A stretch of 64,000 nt of DNA from the human T2T-CHM13v2.0 reference genome, Homo sapiens, in assembly GCF_009914755.1 (NCBI RefSeq), contig NC_060928.1; one strand, written 5' to 3'. The notes below the pieces were generated by a model. It was not told where the DNA came from. It did not search any database and worked only from the letters and a program-made list of their open reading frames with translations. Each line of letters starts with the position of its first letter. Position 1 is the first letter of the stretch. Position numbers and translations under genes: made by a program. This document shows, in pieces, positions 15,855-31,633 of the stretch.

Positions 15855-15956
15855 TTAAATTAGACAGGATCTCTCCATGTGGCCCAGGCTGGACTAGGAC
15901 TCCTGGGCTCAAGTGATCCTACCGCCTCAGTCTCCCCAGTGAGGTTACAGGTATGC
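15855..15956 (-). mobile_element. FLAM-like Alu monomer
   Basis: 'agacaggatctc..catgtggcccaggctgg...ctcctgggctcaagtgatcct'; 15-bp TSD taaactttaaaatat at 15831-15845 and 15957-15971. Confidence 0.8.
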
Positions 15957-17138
15957 TAAACTTTAAAATATTTTTGTCACTACATTATATGTTATATTTA
16001 GAGATTTAACTAAATTTTAGAAATTTCCTGAGGTGATGGGTCCTAAGTGTTCAAAAATTCCTTTGGAATAAATAATATAATTATTATTATAGATAGTTCA
16101 CAATTATCAACTCTTTAGTTCCTAACTGAGATAGAGAGCACTAACATATGATAATTATTCATAAATATTAAAATGCACAGAAATAAAATTTTATTGGAAT
16201 GCATCTCTTTAATGATAAAGAGGGGAGGGAAATTACATTGCTCCCCTGATTAAGGAGACTTCCTAGACACTAAGTTTTCCAATGTCTCTTTTTGTGTGTG
16301 CCCCAGAGGTTTTTATAGCTCAAGGAAATGTTCATAGTGACTATGTCTAAGGAGACCTGTGCCTTTCTGTTAAAATGGAAAAAGGGCATTTGAGAAAGAG
16401 GAGGCGGGAAAGGAGAAGCTGCGATAAGGCCTCCAGCCAAGGTGCCTTCTCAGGCTGATCACTTTTAAGAAAATAAGACTTATGGTGGCTGAGGATGTGA
16501 AAATGGATTCCTTTTAACTCCTCTTGAAATGTCTTATGGTAATCGCGACAGTACAAATATTCCAGCCTGAAGACTGCTGTTCTATCAAGAATTAGATTAC
16601 TCTATTTCTAGAGTTGACAGCTATTGGAAGAACTCCTTAACTAGCCATAAACCTGGGAATCCTGCACTGTTCTTCTACTTAGGGTCAGTGCAGTCAATGT
16701 GAATCCAGAGATTGTTTGCTTTCTCTCACCAAAAAAAAAAAAAAAGCCATATGTATGCCTATATAAGTTACTATTTTGGGCAAAAGAGAAACACATTCAA
16801 GACAACAAGTGAAAAAAATCCTGGTAAAAATTCATCTTTTTGAAGATTACAAACTAAAATATTTAGAATATCTTTCTAATATGGATCCTAACTCTATTAC
16901 CTATCCTTCCCATAGGTGATAAAATTGGGACATAATAGCCACTCACTCCAAATCACTCTAAAGCAAATATTCTGAATTTCTTCCATATGTTTTTTTAACT
17001 TGACTACAATCTCAGTATATATTAAGAGCCTGCAATGAATGGTGTGATATTTGGCATAAGGCTATTCTGTCTTACAACCCACTTTGAAAGCAACAGAAGA
17101 GCCTTTAAAATGTAATTTTTTTTAAAAAAGTTTCTCCT

Positions 17139-17192
17139 GTGTAATGGATTTTAAGGGTGTAACGGATTTTAAGTGTTCAATGGATTTTAAGG
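17139..17192. repeat. 18-bp tandem repeat x3 (gtgtaatggattttaagg)
   Basis: Directly visible; 2-3 substitutions between units. Confidence 0.85.
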
Positions 17193-18599
17193 AAGGCCAG
17201 AAGAGCCTAAATTTTTCTCCACCTCTCTTGTCATAAAACATAACCAAATTCTTTGGATAGGAAGTCTTAAAAATGGACAGACTACACTCAAATGCCCAAT
17301 TACTGTCATTATTTGGTTATTTTCTGTTTAATTATAAGTCACTTTCACTTCCAAACTCTAATTGGATTCCATGCACTTTTGTTCTCTAAGATGTTGTGTT
17401 CCGTCTGTTTAATGACTCCTTGGTTGAGTCGCAGAAGCTGACTATAAGCAGAATTCTAACTGGGTGAAAATGAAAGACTTTACAGTAGATTAGGAACTTT
17501 CCATTGATTTTTCAAGAAACGGTCACATATTCAGCTCATGCCTTACAGAGGATATTGCTCCCCCCGCCTTTGTTTTTTAATATTTACCAAGGAAGCAATT
17601 AAGAGCCATAAAATCTGATTTGGCTCAACCCCTTTATCGTGACAAAAACACATCAATTTTATAAAGTAATAACAGAAAATAAAAACAAAAAGGAATAAAT
17701 CTAAATTTAATAATATCAATTTATTATCTAAAAGGGAAGCAGTCATAATGCCTGGATGTCTAATCAAAGATTGCTCTTGACATGGATGAGGATATAACTG
17801 TTTAATAGGATTTACTGAGGACATAATTGTGCATACGTGATAAGTGCTGGAAGAATGCATTCAGACTGGAACTTAATTCTGGGCCCATATGGATTTATAC
17901 ATTTATCAAATACTAGAATGACATTTACATGTTATCTCTGCATGATAACATGTAACAAAGTGAAGGGAGAAAACAAACAAACATATTAAATATTACATTT
18001 GATTGTCTCATATGTTTTACCCTAGATAAAAAGTTAATTTGAGTACCACTTGACAGCATAATAAAAAGCAGACGGAAAGAAGTAATACAACTCCTTCATC
18101 TGACCGTGGAGAATGGCTGAGGCACTGGCATCTAATGAGCTTATCTGAAAGAAGTCATTCAAAGGTCTTTTGCTATTCACAATTCAGGCACGGTGTTTTG
18201 TTACTTCGTGTGAGATGTAGTAAAGTTTTGCCCAAGAAGGAGAAGTAGAGAAAACAAGCACTAGGTTCTGGCCAGTGACCCATGCACAGGCAACTTCAGA
18301 AAGTAGATGGTCCCCAAGTCATGAGACTTTAACATCACTTAAATATATTATTATAAATATATTATTATCTTATCAGGAGAACGGATGTGCTAGTTGAAAA
18401 TGTGTTGGTTTGCAACAGACGCATAGTAAAGTAGAGCAGCTGAGGCAAACATTTGAAATGTTCTGGGAAGTACTGTCCATGGGCCAAATGGCTGTGAGGT
18501 GCTTTGGTCCTACTGCAAAGCTTCAGATCACAAATACTTGGCTTCTCCACTTCTCTTAAGACATATAACTAAATTGGCATTTGAAAGCCAGAATAGAAC

Positions 18600-18880
18600 A
18601 GAGGTAAAGAACTTGTGCCTAGAATAAAAGACCTTGGTCTAAGTCCCAGCACTATCATTTACCAGCTGTGCTACCTTGGGCAAGTATTAAGTCTCTTTAA
18701 GGCTCACTTTCCTTATCTATAAAGTGAGGCATGTTCTAAATGCATTATTTCCATATAATCCTCGCAACAACCACATGGAGATGGTACTGCTAGTCTCTAT
18801 TTGACAGAGAATAATTCTAAGGAACAAAACATTATTCGCCTAAGGTCTTTAGCTAGAGGTGATTCAGAACAAGGATTCAT
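18600..18880. mobile_element. Two adjacent MIR fragments in opposite orientation
   Basis: Plus-strand core 'accttgggcaagtattaagtctct...tttccttatctataaa' then minus-strand 'aatcctcgcaacaacc...ctatttgacagag...gcctaaggtc'. Confidence 0.6.
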
Positions 18881-20657
18881 TACAGTACCAGCTGACTGAC
18901 CTACTTCACTCGTGGTGGCAGAGTTAAATAAGTAATGTGCTCATTCATTCTCAACATTCAAAAAATAAATGTGCCAGTCAGGGTGCTACCTGCTAATGCA
19001 CGTAAAACAGAACTTTGGTATATGGGAAGTATTGTAAAATGCTTGGTATTATTAAGAAGAAACCCTTGTGCAGATATGAACATTCCAGTTTTTCAAACAG
19101 TTAGATTTCTCTCTGTAAATTAAATGATGTATTATGTGATCTTGGTGAATATCAAGCTGCCCTGAGATGTGGCCTCATTTATGTTTTGTGCCAGCCAGGC
19201 TAAAGGCTGGACCCCAGATTATGGCAAACACACTTGGAGACAATGAGAGCAGCCAGGATGCTGCTGGCTTTGCAGTCAGAACAAAATAGACCACTCCAAA
19301 AAGATGCGGTTGATAAAATAGAAACTACATTTCTATTTCTACAGAGTTCTGAGACAAAACGGGAGGACAGCTTTTATATCTTCTCATGAGCTAAGAATAA
19401 AGAGGAAAAAATTAAACAGATTTCTAGAAGAATGAAAATAGGAAAATCTCAGAGAGAAATACTTTTAAAATTTAAATTTTGTGGACATTTATTGAACTTT
19501 TAAGTACAGCCTTTACACCTGCCATAAGAGATAAGTTACTCTAAAAAGAATGTTTTAGAAACTGTGGACTCACAACTCTCTTGCAGTTGTTCCATCAGTT
19601 ATCAATTACTCTAATAAAAGTACAATCTTCAAGTTAAGAACCTGAATCCATTAATGCTTTAGTACAAAGAGAATCAGAAAAGCTCTGCCAGAAAAGTTTG
19701 AAAAATAAAGTTTATTTTCTTTTGGTATTAGTTTTCAGCTAGTTAACATTACTTACTACAGGCCTTTCTACAAAGAATGCCTCTTTCACATGCCAATTAT
19801 CTCAACCCTGTTTGCGAGAAGTAAAGTGTTCTAAAATACAGAGATTCTTTGCTTTCACTGAGAGAGCTCTCTATTTCAATGCCTTTCAAATAAAGAATGC
19901 ATTAAGGTTTATAGGGCCACATGTTTACTTCCCTTATGCAACATGGTTTGCTTTCTCGAATAAATTTTATAAATCCATTTATGCTTAGATATGCAATAGC
20001 TAATGTTTAGTATAAGTTGGCTAATGTCACCACTAGTTGAATAAAAACTAATGCTATAAAAATCATTTCTTTCAAAAGCTGTATAAAATATATATTATAC
20101 ATGCATATAATACTGCATGTTGAAATACAGTGTAAAATCTGGAGTATTTTTTGTAATATTACCTTACTGTGAGTATAATATGCTGGCCAATGGTGGACAT
20201 TATCCAGCCAATTAGCTGCAACAGGGATATGGCTGTTTTTTTAACATTTAGTTTATTCTGCAAATTACGAGCTTCCATGCAATGTGAAAATTATGCCAGA
20301 TAATTAAGAAACACATTTGTGCAATCATAGTAGTACAATATGAAGAAAAGGCAGTACTTCTGATACCTATATTACTGCACCATTTTAATTGCTAAATTAA
20401 AACGATTTTAATAATTGTGACCAAAGATAAAAGGCCAGATTTGATGAAACTAATTAAAGTATGATAGCTAACCAGGTAAAAGCTTATTTGATAGTCAAGG
20501 CTTCAAAATGTCAATAGCCCTAAATACGATAAGAATCATACCAAACTACATCTAATAAATGCCCATGTGTTTTTCAGACATCTTTTAGTTTTAATGATAT
20601 ACTAGCTATAACAAGGTGTCTTCTTTTTAAGATGAAAGCATAATGAAACAAGCAGTT

Positions 20658-20703
20658 TTCTGTATTTTATAAAGGGTATATTCTGTACTTTATAAAGGGT
20701 ATA
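20658..20703. repeat. 23-bp tandem duplication (ttctgta[t/c]tttataaagggtata)
   Basis: Directly visible; one mismatch. Confidence 0.85.
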
Positions 20704-21144
20704 AGAAATAAATAATAAACTTATAAAGACAAACGATTTAGCTTTTAAATTAGACACAAAAATATTAGGCAACTGAAAACAAACAAAAAAACCAACAATA
20801 AACTGGGAAAACAATAAAAAAAAAGCCTGAGAAGAATTTAGTCTTTTAAAAATATTAAATAACCTACCTTTTTACACATCTTTCTTTCCCTGTACCCTAA
20901 TTACATCAGGCAAACTCAGTTATTATAAAAATATAAGAGATGTCAAAACTGGTAAACGGATGTCCACCCTTGCATATAATTTCCTTGAAAAAATAATATG
21001 GACTTATCACATGGCCACATTTTCTAAAACATCAAAATTCATAAAAGTTTATTTTTTGGCTTTTCAGAAGTAGAAAAAGAAAGATGTCCCCCATGTTCTT
21101 CCTTTAGTTATTCAATATTTTATCCCAATTCCTGCTGCCTCCCC

Positions 21145-21208
21145 TAAACACCTATATCCTGTGACTAGCATGTTTAAACACCTATATCCTCTGCATGACT
21201 AGCATGTT
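21145..21208. repeat. 30/34-bp tandem duplication (taaacacctatatcct...tgactagcatgtt)
   Basis: Directly visible. Confidence 0.85.
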
Positions 21209-24074
21209 TAAAACTGGTTTAATTCTTATTCTACTTGACTCCAAGATCAATGAAGGCAGGGACCATATGTGTTCTGTTCATCACTGAATATATGGTAAAA
21301 TATATTATGTCAATATTTGCTTTTAATGAATACACAGAAATAAAAATATGTAAAGTAAAAACAATGTGATATTAGAATAGGGCACACTGAATTTTATTTT
21401 AGTGTTTTCCTTTTGTCAATGATTTCAATTTTACGTGCCACTGTAAAAATCAAATAAATTTTGCTATTCATCTCTTTCAACAATCTGATGTCTGATAGCC
21501 AAAGTTATGGTCCTAATTCTGGCCAGACTTATATCTCATATTAATTTTTCTGCACTGGGTGCAAATATTTTTAAGTAGCTGTTGCCTGAACTGCTACACA
21601 AACCTGGTTCTTGTGCTCTGTCATCACTCCTATTTTCTCCTTCTTTCATCTCCAGCTTTAACAGTGCAGGCTAATTTTAAAAATCAGTCCTTAATTTTGT
21701 GAGATTTTATTCTAAGTCAGCAACTTGGAGGCCTATTTCACTCTTAATAAATTCAGTTATTACTTAATCCTATGCCTCTGTCACTAGCCCCAATTTCTTT
21801 CTCAATTTCTAGGACTCCTTTTCCAAATCCTGCTTGGGCATTTCTAGAATTACACGTCAGTTTTACTCAAACTCCTGCCTGTAACAGAACTCATCTTTCT
21901 CCTGGAGGTGGTGACTTTTTCCATAAATGTTATTATCCCTCCTATGCCCCTAGGTTTGAACCGTCAAACTCAGCTTTTGTTTCCTTTGCCCCTCTGTCTA
22001 AGACCTGTTGATTCTACGTCATAAGTCCTCGGAAAGGTCTTTTGAACGGTTCCTTTTAAATGTTTTTCTTAACAATATTTTTGTTCAGATCTTGTCACTG
22101 CAACTTCAAGATACTTTATTAAGTTCCTAAATTATATCCCTACTCATCCTTTGTTCATTTTCCAAGCATTTATCTAAGCTTGAAAAAGTTTTTGCCTTTT
22201 CTCAAATACTGTTTTTATTATGTTATTCCTTGACTTACTAACTTTAGGTTAGGCTTCAATGTTGACAGAACAAGAATCTTATCACCACTGTGTTCCTCAG
22301 AGCATATTTTCTTTTGTATATCTAAATGGGTTTTTTTTCTATTTTTTATATTAAAGATTAATATATTCCCCCTAAACTGTACAGGCTATAACATCATTTT
22401 TTAGATGAGGAAGCTGAAATATAGGATGCTAAAATGAGTTGCTCAGAAATAAAAATCACAGCACAAAAAAAGCTCCAAGCTAATGGCTCTTAGTATATGT
22501 GCTGCTAAATGCACAAAGTGATGGGACTTTCTAAGGTTAAATCTTTAAACTTAATTTATTAATTCCATTTAGATTTTTAAATTAACCAAACCCATTTAGA
22601 TTCTGTGACTATTTGAAAGTAATGATTTGGGGGTAATTCCTTTATGCTTGGGGTGCCAAGGCATTTCTACAAAGGAATTACTAGTGCCAAACGCTTTTTG
22701 CTAGGTCAAACATTCATCATGGCAAATAAATACAGTTTTGGTAGAAAATAATATATTCATACCCTTAGAAAAGTATTCCTCAAGGACCAGTAAGATACAA
22801 CATTAGTCACACTAATTCCCAACTTTGCACTTTAAGTTCTGTACAACTGTTAACAGCTAGACAGAAATAGGTAGGGAGACACTCTGGAACCTGTGGTATT
22901 AGATACGAAGAATTATCTAATTCAAGGCAGACTATGGAAGATAATTTTCTGGTATAGGACATAGATGGTTTCATAGAGGCATGCAAAAAGCTACTCTGAT
23001 TCCATATTCACTTGCTTATGGTTAACATTAGGATAAGGCAAAAATGTTGACAAAGGATAAGAGTTCTACCATGTGGTTTGCTCTTTAGATAAAAGCAGAC
23101 ACATAAATTCTAATTTAATATTAAGTCTTTCCAGTGCAGCCTGAAACTATATTTGGCTTGAAATGTATTCACTTTATTATTTTTTCTTTCCTTTCTCATT
23201 CTACAGGGCTTCAGTTTAACTTCCACAGTTTTTTCTGGTGAGTGAGACTTATCACATATCACAGTCTCAAACATAATTTGTATTATTTAAAAAAGTGATC
23301 TCAGTGCCTATGATTTTAGGACCTAAAAGACAGTCCCAGATAAATAACTATTCCTAACTTACAAAACTATCACTAGGTTGCTAATGCTTACTGTTTCTCC
23401 AGACTTCCTTATTATAATAATGAACAATAAAGAAACTCTTGTAATGAAGGTTGATTTCTGTTAGCTCTACTTTGGAATCACTTACTAAACCTTGGTCTGA
23501 AATGAGCCTTCTTCATTAATGAGCATTATCTGCCAAATGAGATACCTTTACTTGGATTTCTTTTTTCTCTAAAGTGTTCCAGTGAATAACAACCCTAAAT
23601 TGAAACCAGACTATCATTTTAACATTCGAAATAAGAAGTGGAAACAGGAAACAAAGACCCTATTACATATAAATTAGATCATCAAAAGACATTCATTGGC
23701 ATTAAACTGCTTCCAAACTTTACAAGATAACAGAAGTTTTAAATTTTATTTTCAACATAGAAGACCAGAGGCCAATTTAAAACAGCAATCTTTTTCCAGA
23801 CAGCCTATCAAATTCCTTTATTTATAAGACAGAAGCTAACGAAGAGAGAATCATGACATGGTTTCCTATCCAGAAGCCTGTGTGAGCCAGAAGACTTTTT
23901 GTCTGCTCAGATACACCTAAATTTTTTACAAGATGAAACACATTTCTTCTTAGCCTATGTTAAAATAATAGAATGATATTGTTTCATATGCATTGACTTT
24001 CATGGCCAAATAATACTGCAAAATCTATTTCTTCATTTCATAGAATATTTTTATTTTACAGTATACTTATATAT

Positions 24075-24200
24075 TGTTATATTTATATTTTATTTTACAG
24101 TATATTTAACAGAACAAATTAAAGCATATTATATTTGTGTTATATTTATATTTTATTTTACAGTATATTTAACAGAACAAATTAAAGCATATTATATTTG
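24075..24200. repeat. Perfect 63-bp tandem duplication
   Basis: 24075-24137 is identical to 24138-24200; a partial third copy lies just upstream. Confidence 0.9.
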
Positions 24201-24274
24201 CTTATTAGTGTTTTTTGTTTGTTTTAAAAAAATCATCACACTGAATGAACAAGATTTCAAACATTGTAACCACA

Positions 24275-24480
24275 TGTGGTGGGAAGTTTAAGAGCCTGAC
24301 AACCAAGCAGACATTAGTTGAATCCAGGCTCTGTTGCACTTTACTAGCTGGATGAACTTAGGTTTTCAACTTACTGAGTCTGGATCACTTTATATGTAAA
24401 ATAAGGATAATAATAGTACCTATATCAATAGGCTGTTTTGAGGATGAAAGATAATACATAAATTGCCTAGTAAACTTAAC
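24275..24480 (+). mobile_element. MIR
   Basis: 'gttgaatccaggctctg...ctttactagctgg...tatgtaaaataaggataataatagtacctat...ggctgttttgaggatgaaa'. Confidence 0.65.
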
Positions 24481-24641
24481 ATAAAGGACAGTTAATAATA
24501 ACAAATCTTTTGTTGGCCAGAAGGTAAAATGAGTAAATTAAAGAACTAAGCTTGATCCCTAACACGTAAGTGTTAGCTGCTGTCACTAACATCATCATTA
24601 AATAGTAAACAGGAGTTGACAGATTCTGAAGGAAATGAGGA

Positions 24642-24685
24642 GCATCTCTAAATTGCTATAGGCGCATCTCTAAATTGCTATAGGC
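24642..24685. repeat. Perfect 22-bp tandem duplication (gcatctctaaattgctataggc)
   Basis: Directly visible. Confidence 0.9.
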
Positions 24686-25269
24686 ACTACAGACACTAAA
24701 AAGTCAAGCTGATAAGATAAAAGACAGTCATGGACTGTAGAGTAACTATTATTACCTTTGACTTTCCCACTGACATTGGAAATGGAATGAAATATTGAGA
24801 AGGGCTTGATAAATGACTCATGAAGGGATAGCCCACTTAAAATAAGCAACAATTTAAGGAAGACTTTTATTTAAGTCTTTGGATGTCTTCTGATTTCTGC
24901 TTTGCCTTTTCAGGCAACAAATAAGGAGCCTGGCAAGCAGCAGGAGAGAGCCAGCCCCATAAGGGAGACAGGCTACAGGCTGCAGGCAGGAAGGACAGGG
25001 TGCCGCAATTGGAAATTTTATCCTAAGGTTGGAAATAATGTTACCAAAAAAAAAAAAAAAACAACTCACTTCAATATACGTTGTCAATAAACAGTATTCC
25101 CAAAGAAAACCAAGGATTTCTGAGAAGCTTTACAAATTATTCTTTGAGCATCTTTAAGCACCCTAACCCTAACCCTTTGAGGAAATCCAGTTTTGATGTC
25201 ATGTTACATTAAATGCTAGGACTCCTGATTGCTTATACTGAAATATATAATATCTTAAGTAGAATATAC

Positions 25270-25564
<295 letters not shown>

Positions 25565-28069
25565 AAGATATACTTTTAATTAAAACTTAAAACTTTCATT
25601 TCTGTATTTCTTCTTAAATGGCAAATTTATGAGATATGAACTAAAAGGTCACATTTAGAAGTCACAGTTACAAAATGAGGACAGCATCTATTAACATTAA
25701 CTTTGACACATTTCGGACTCCGATCTCTAAAGTCCTCAATGTTCACACTGAACATGATCTTAAACTTGCATCTAGAAAAGTGTGGGCAGACAATACCACA
25801 CTAATGCTGGCCCGGCAGTTTCCAAATTCAATGGAGAGGCATTCAGCATTCTCCTATTATCACCCTGTTTAGAAAGGAGAAAACTATTCAAAAAGGGTAA
25901 ATGTAGAACCTAATATGTTTTTCCCAAAGCACCAGCTTCTTCTCAATCATAACCTATCGTGAATGCATAATGTATACAATGCCTCTCCTTGTTGAATTTA
26001 ATTTCTCTTTTTCAATTCCTCTGGGCTCTTTTTCTATGAAATTTGAATCTGATGCTGCTCATGGAACCAAGGCCTGCACTGCTATCATATGCTGGCAAAG
26101 CCCAATCAGGCAGAAGGATCTTTTCTTTTCACCTCTCCTCATCTCTTTCTTCCTCCTCCTCTCATATGTACATATACAAAAGAAATAAAACATAAGATTA
26201 GATGATTGTTTCTCTTTAGTTTGACTAAGGGAAATACACCAACAAATTTTAAATAAGATGGAGAAAAAAGGTAGAAAAAACACCCACATACTACTGGTTA
26301 AGTGAGGTCCATGAGACAGGAAACCAAGGAAATTAAATTGTCTATCCCTAAAAATTATATAGCAATAATCTTATCTCTTTCTGCTAGCTCCCAATCTGAT
26401 AAGTTATAGACACATAGGACTTTTAATATGCATTGAATACTTTAATTAGCCTGTGTGTAAATTTTGCTTAAAATTTTGAAAACACAAATCTTATTGTTAA
26501 TATAGCTAAGCACAAATAAATTAAAGCAGAAGAAACTGTTCAGAAAGATAAATAACTTAATGATGTTTAACTTGACAGGAATGGACCACTGAAGGAAGTT
26601 GACAAAAGTGAGAGATAAAGCTCATCTTTTCTAGCTGGTAAGAGCAGGTTAGGCATTCCTGACCATCTTCCTCCCTGCACCTGGTAGGACAAAATTTCTC
26701 TGCAGGACTGACTTAAAACTTAAAGAGTGGTAAAGGGGGAATTCAGGGGTCTGCTTAGAAAGAAAAAAATTCTTCCAAGGACCTTAAGACAAACATGCAC
26801 TCCTACAATTGGAATTAAAACAGAGTTTAAAAAGCAATTGGTGGTGAGCACAGCACATTGATTAGAACTAATTATTTTAAAATAAAGTAACTGACAAAAC
26901 AAATCCTTTCATGTAAGTGATTGAGATGGTGAGTAAAGGGAACTTACTAGAAGTGAAGTAAGCACAGGGTTAGTCTTGGTAATGTTGGTAACTGTGCAGG
27001 AATAACATGTACCAGTGAAATGTGCAGTCATTTTGGCTATGGTACCTGGTACTTAGTAGATACTGAATATATATTTGCTGAGTGAATGGATTAACATAAA
27101 AATTACAAACATATGTAGGTCTACACATTCTTATTCTCTACAGTATGTTACATTTTTGTTCTCTATATCATAAATACTGGCCAGTGGACTTTGCAAAAAA
27201 CAAACATTTATTAATAGGGGATTATTATTGTATTAATGTTAATCTTTCTTTTAAAGAATAAAAGGAATATAGTGAAAGGTACATACTGAAAAACGTTTGT
27301 TGATGTTTATGATTTAGGTTCCATTTGGTTAGTATTCTTTTAGGAAAAAATTTCTGCCATTCTGAAAACAGTGCTATCATTTAAAAGATAACAGTAGCAA
27401 ACTGTGGCTATAACATATGAAACATCTAGAATTTAGATAAAGCACAAAATGTCCATTGATCTCTTGCATATTTCAAAATATGCCAATATATTTAAGTTCT
27501 TATATATTCTTAATTTTAGCCCAGTAAAGTTGTTTTTTAAATATATCCATTTTCCCCTTTCCTTCCCTATGTTGCACATCTCCTTGCGATGTGGTATATG
27601 ACTCAAAAATAGTATATGAAGACAAGTAATAAAGACAAGAGAAGTTATAGAGGAGAAAAACTATGAGATGTTAAAAATAAATCTCATACATTAAATTTAC
27701 CTGAGTATATAGACTCTATTTACATGAGTGTATGAACAGGTTTATTATACTTTTGCCTGCAGCATTAGGTATTTTGCATTTATACCCATGACCTGTATCA
27801 AGCCCAGGTAAACATTAAATCATGTCATTTGGAAACCAACTTTTAGAAAGGACCACATTCTCTTTTCATTTTACTGAACTGCAGTTTTTAAAGGTATACA
27901 TTTTATCCATTTAAACTCACCATAATATCTAGTTTCCCTTGCCCTCTTCACCCTTTATTTATAATTTGTGTCATTTTATTGATATTATTAGTTTATGCAT
28001 CAGTCTCTCCAACCAGTTTGCAACTTCTTCAAAGAATAGGTTTTTAATGCATCTTGTAGCCCTGGGTGT

Positions 28070-28572
<503 letters not shown>

Positions 28573-29272
28573 TCAACTGTACTTCTTAAATGCAGTAAAG
28601 TTTGCTCTTATGCTTTTCTTCTCTAAGTACATTTTTGTCAGTTTCCATTCATTTTGAGGTGCTTTTGTAAGACTCAGGGTAATTTTCCCCTTCATCTTTA
28701 ACTTCATGGATCTGTGCCTCTTGCAGAAAAAGCATACCCTTTGAGGGTAATTAAACACCAAGTAATATCTTAAAAAACATAAAAAACTCCTCACAGTTTA
28801 TTCATTACCTATTACTACAGAAAGAAGAAATATTGGGATTGAAATAAATACCAATATATCAATATGTAAATGCCTTTTTCATCATAAACATCAAAACTTG
28901 AATAATTGATGTGAGCAACCCCATTAGAGGACATTTTTAAATTGCCTGGTAAAAGAAAAAATAATTGTCCAGTAATTGGTAACATCTGTTAGAAAATAAA
29001 GGATTAAATTTGTATCAAAAAGCCAAAAAAGGTCACTTAGCAATGTGAGCTACTGAAAGCTTATTAAAACAGTTTACTACTTTAACAATGTTTTTAAAGT
29101 AATGAGAAAATTCTCATGATATTTGTTTCTTATACTTTTAAAAAGTAAACAGAAAATGAAATCATATCTTTTATTCTCAATAATGTTACGTTTTAAACAT
29201 AATCCAAATCTTAGAAATTTATTCTTAGATTTAGCAATGAGACTCTAAGTAATTATCTGGCAAATAGCATTA

Positions 29273-29398
<126 letters not shown>

Positions 29399-31405
29399 TC
29401 AGGGTTTTCTGTTATAACCTTAACTATTACTCTGGCATTGTTAATGAGCAAACTTAGCAATAACATTTCTTATTTAGTTTGTATATAGAAGCAGTTTCAG
29501 TAAACATCCAGATCATAAAAGACAGCCTTTGTGATTCTATGCAGACTTTATGAAACTATTAGCTGATGCTTATGATATCTAATGGTAACATTTACTAGCT
29601 CTAGGTCAATAGACAATGACAAATCAAATATGTGGATGTGAATATACTACAAATCAATGAAAGAGAAAATAGTTTTTTTGAATTTTTATTAGTCACACAA
29701 TGATAAGGCTTAATCTAGATCAGATTACAAACTTCTGTTCAGTAGGGACTAAGAATGATGATTTTTCTTATATTTTTAATCACCTAGAGAACTTCACGCC
29801 ATTATAGGCATGTGGTTTTGTGTTTAATACAAACTGTTGATTGATAAACTAATATATTTGAAGTATTTTTCAGAATACTAATTTTAAAAATGTATTGACA
29901 GAAATATCATTAAATTTGATTTTCAAAAATGCTTAAAAAATTAAACAGTTGCAGTTTAATCAAAAATTTACTTAATAGATTACAATAGGATTACATAAAA
30001 GTGTTGTACAGAGGAAATTAGTACTGCATTATTTTTATACTATAAACCATGCTATTTACATTTAATATTTTTTGAAATTAGATTGGATTCTACCATGCAT
30101 GTGAAAAGAAGCCTGTCTACTGCTTCTTTGAGAGCTACTTTTTAAAGTAATATGCTATTTAAAAAAATGTCCTTCTAGAATTGAAGATGAATGATAGAGA
30201 GTCAAACTTCAATAGAGCCAACACTGATCCAGAGTTTCAGTTTAATTATCAAAACTGGATTTTGTGTACCAATAGATTAATATGTTAATTTCTAATAAAT
30301 GTCCCAAATTTTAATAATTAATAGAAACAACCCAAATAAAGGATGTTCAAAAGGTGCCCCATAGTTGTCAGCATCCACACTGCTTCTGTTTCCAGCGAAG
30401 CCAACAGATGACACTACTCCAATTTGATCAGTGCAAGAAAGTTGCAATATGGAGTAGTATTGGGAATATTTATCAGAGACTATTAAAAATTTACTTTTGA
30501 TTATTTTGATATTCAAAGGGAAGGCTTCTTTGCCAACAACTCATAACTTGACTGGTTTAATCATTTTAGGGCATTTAAAGGGAAAACAACCATTAGGGTT
30601 TCAGAAAAATATTTAGCTTTTCTCTGATACTCCTCATAGAACATCATTACTCTGATACGTATAGGAACATTTATTTTTCTTACAATGCCCATTCACCTTC
30701 TCATGGAAAGTATGAGAAGATACATGAGAATCAATCCGTGTATCACTGTTAGGCCTCCTGAATGAAAAACAATTGGTGCAGACATTTCCCCAAAATTTTT
30801 GTTGGGGTTTAAGTCAACATATGAAAGCAAAACAAAGGAGGAAAGAAGGAAGGCAGGAAGAAAGTTAACAAATAACTTTCTAAAATGTAAATTTGTCTCC
30901 TGTTCTGTACCTTATAATGCGCTAATGCCTACATTATTGATGAACTACTTTGCTGTTGTACATGTTGTTCTTCAAAATATTGTAGCCATTAAGCACTATC
31001 GTACAATAATTTATTAACATCAGAAATGTAAGGAGAGCATGGCTATCCTAATCTTTTAATTTGGCAGATAATTTGTAAAATTAAATAGTCCTTTGGGATT
31101 ATAGTACAAATGGGTAAGGAAAAAGGGTAGACATTACTTGAAACCAGGTAAACCTGTATTTCCATTATTTTTTAAAGCGTTATATTATTCTAATAAGATT
31201 GTAAAAATTTCCTAAATATTCCTGTGTTTTGTTTTTTTTTTTGCTTCCCCCTCATTCACCAATTGTGTCCTGTTAATAGGATACAGAGTGACACACTGCC
31301 ACTTCCAAATCACATCTTTCATTGTACAACTTGTGAATTTTATTGGCTGGGCCAAAGTTCTTCTCTTTCTGAGTGTTTAATCTCCTTTCCTTCCTTCCTA
31401 AACTA

Positions 31406-31633
<228 letters not shown>

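Noticed and set aside
18600-18880. Juxtaposed inverted MIR fragments as a possible miRNA-like hairpin
   Set aside because: The arms are too diverged for a long stem by eye, and there is no other evidence.
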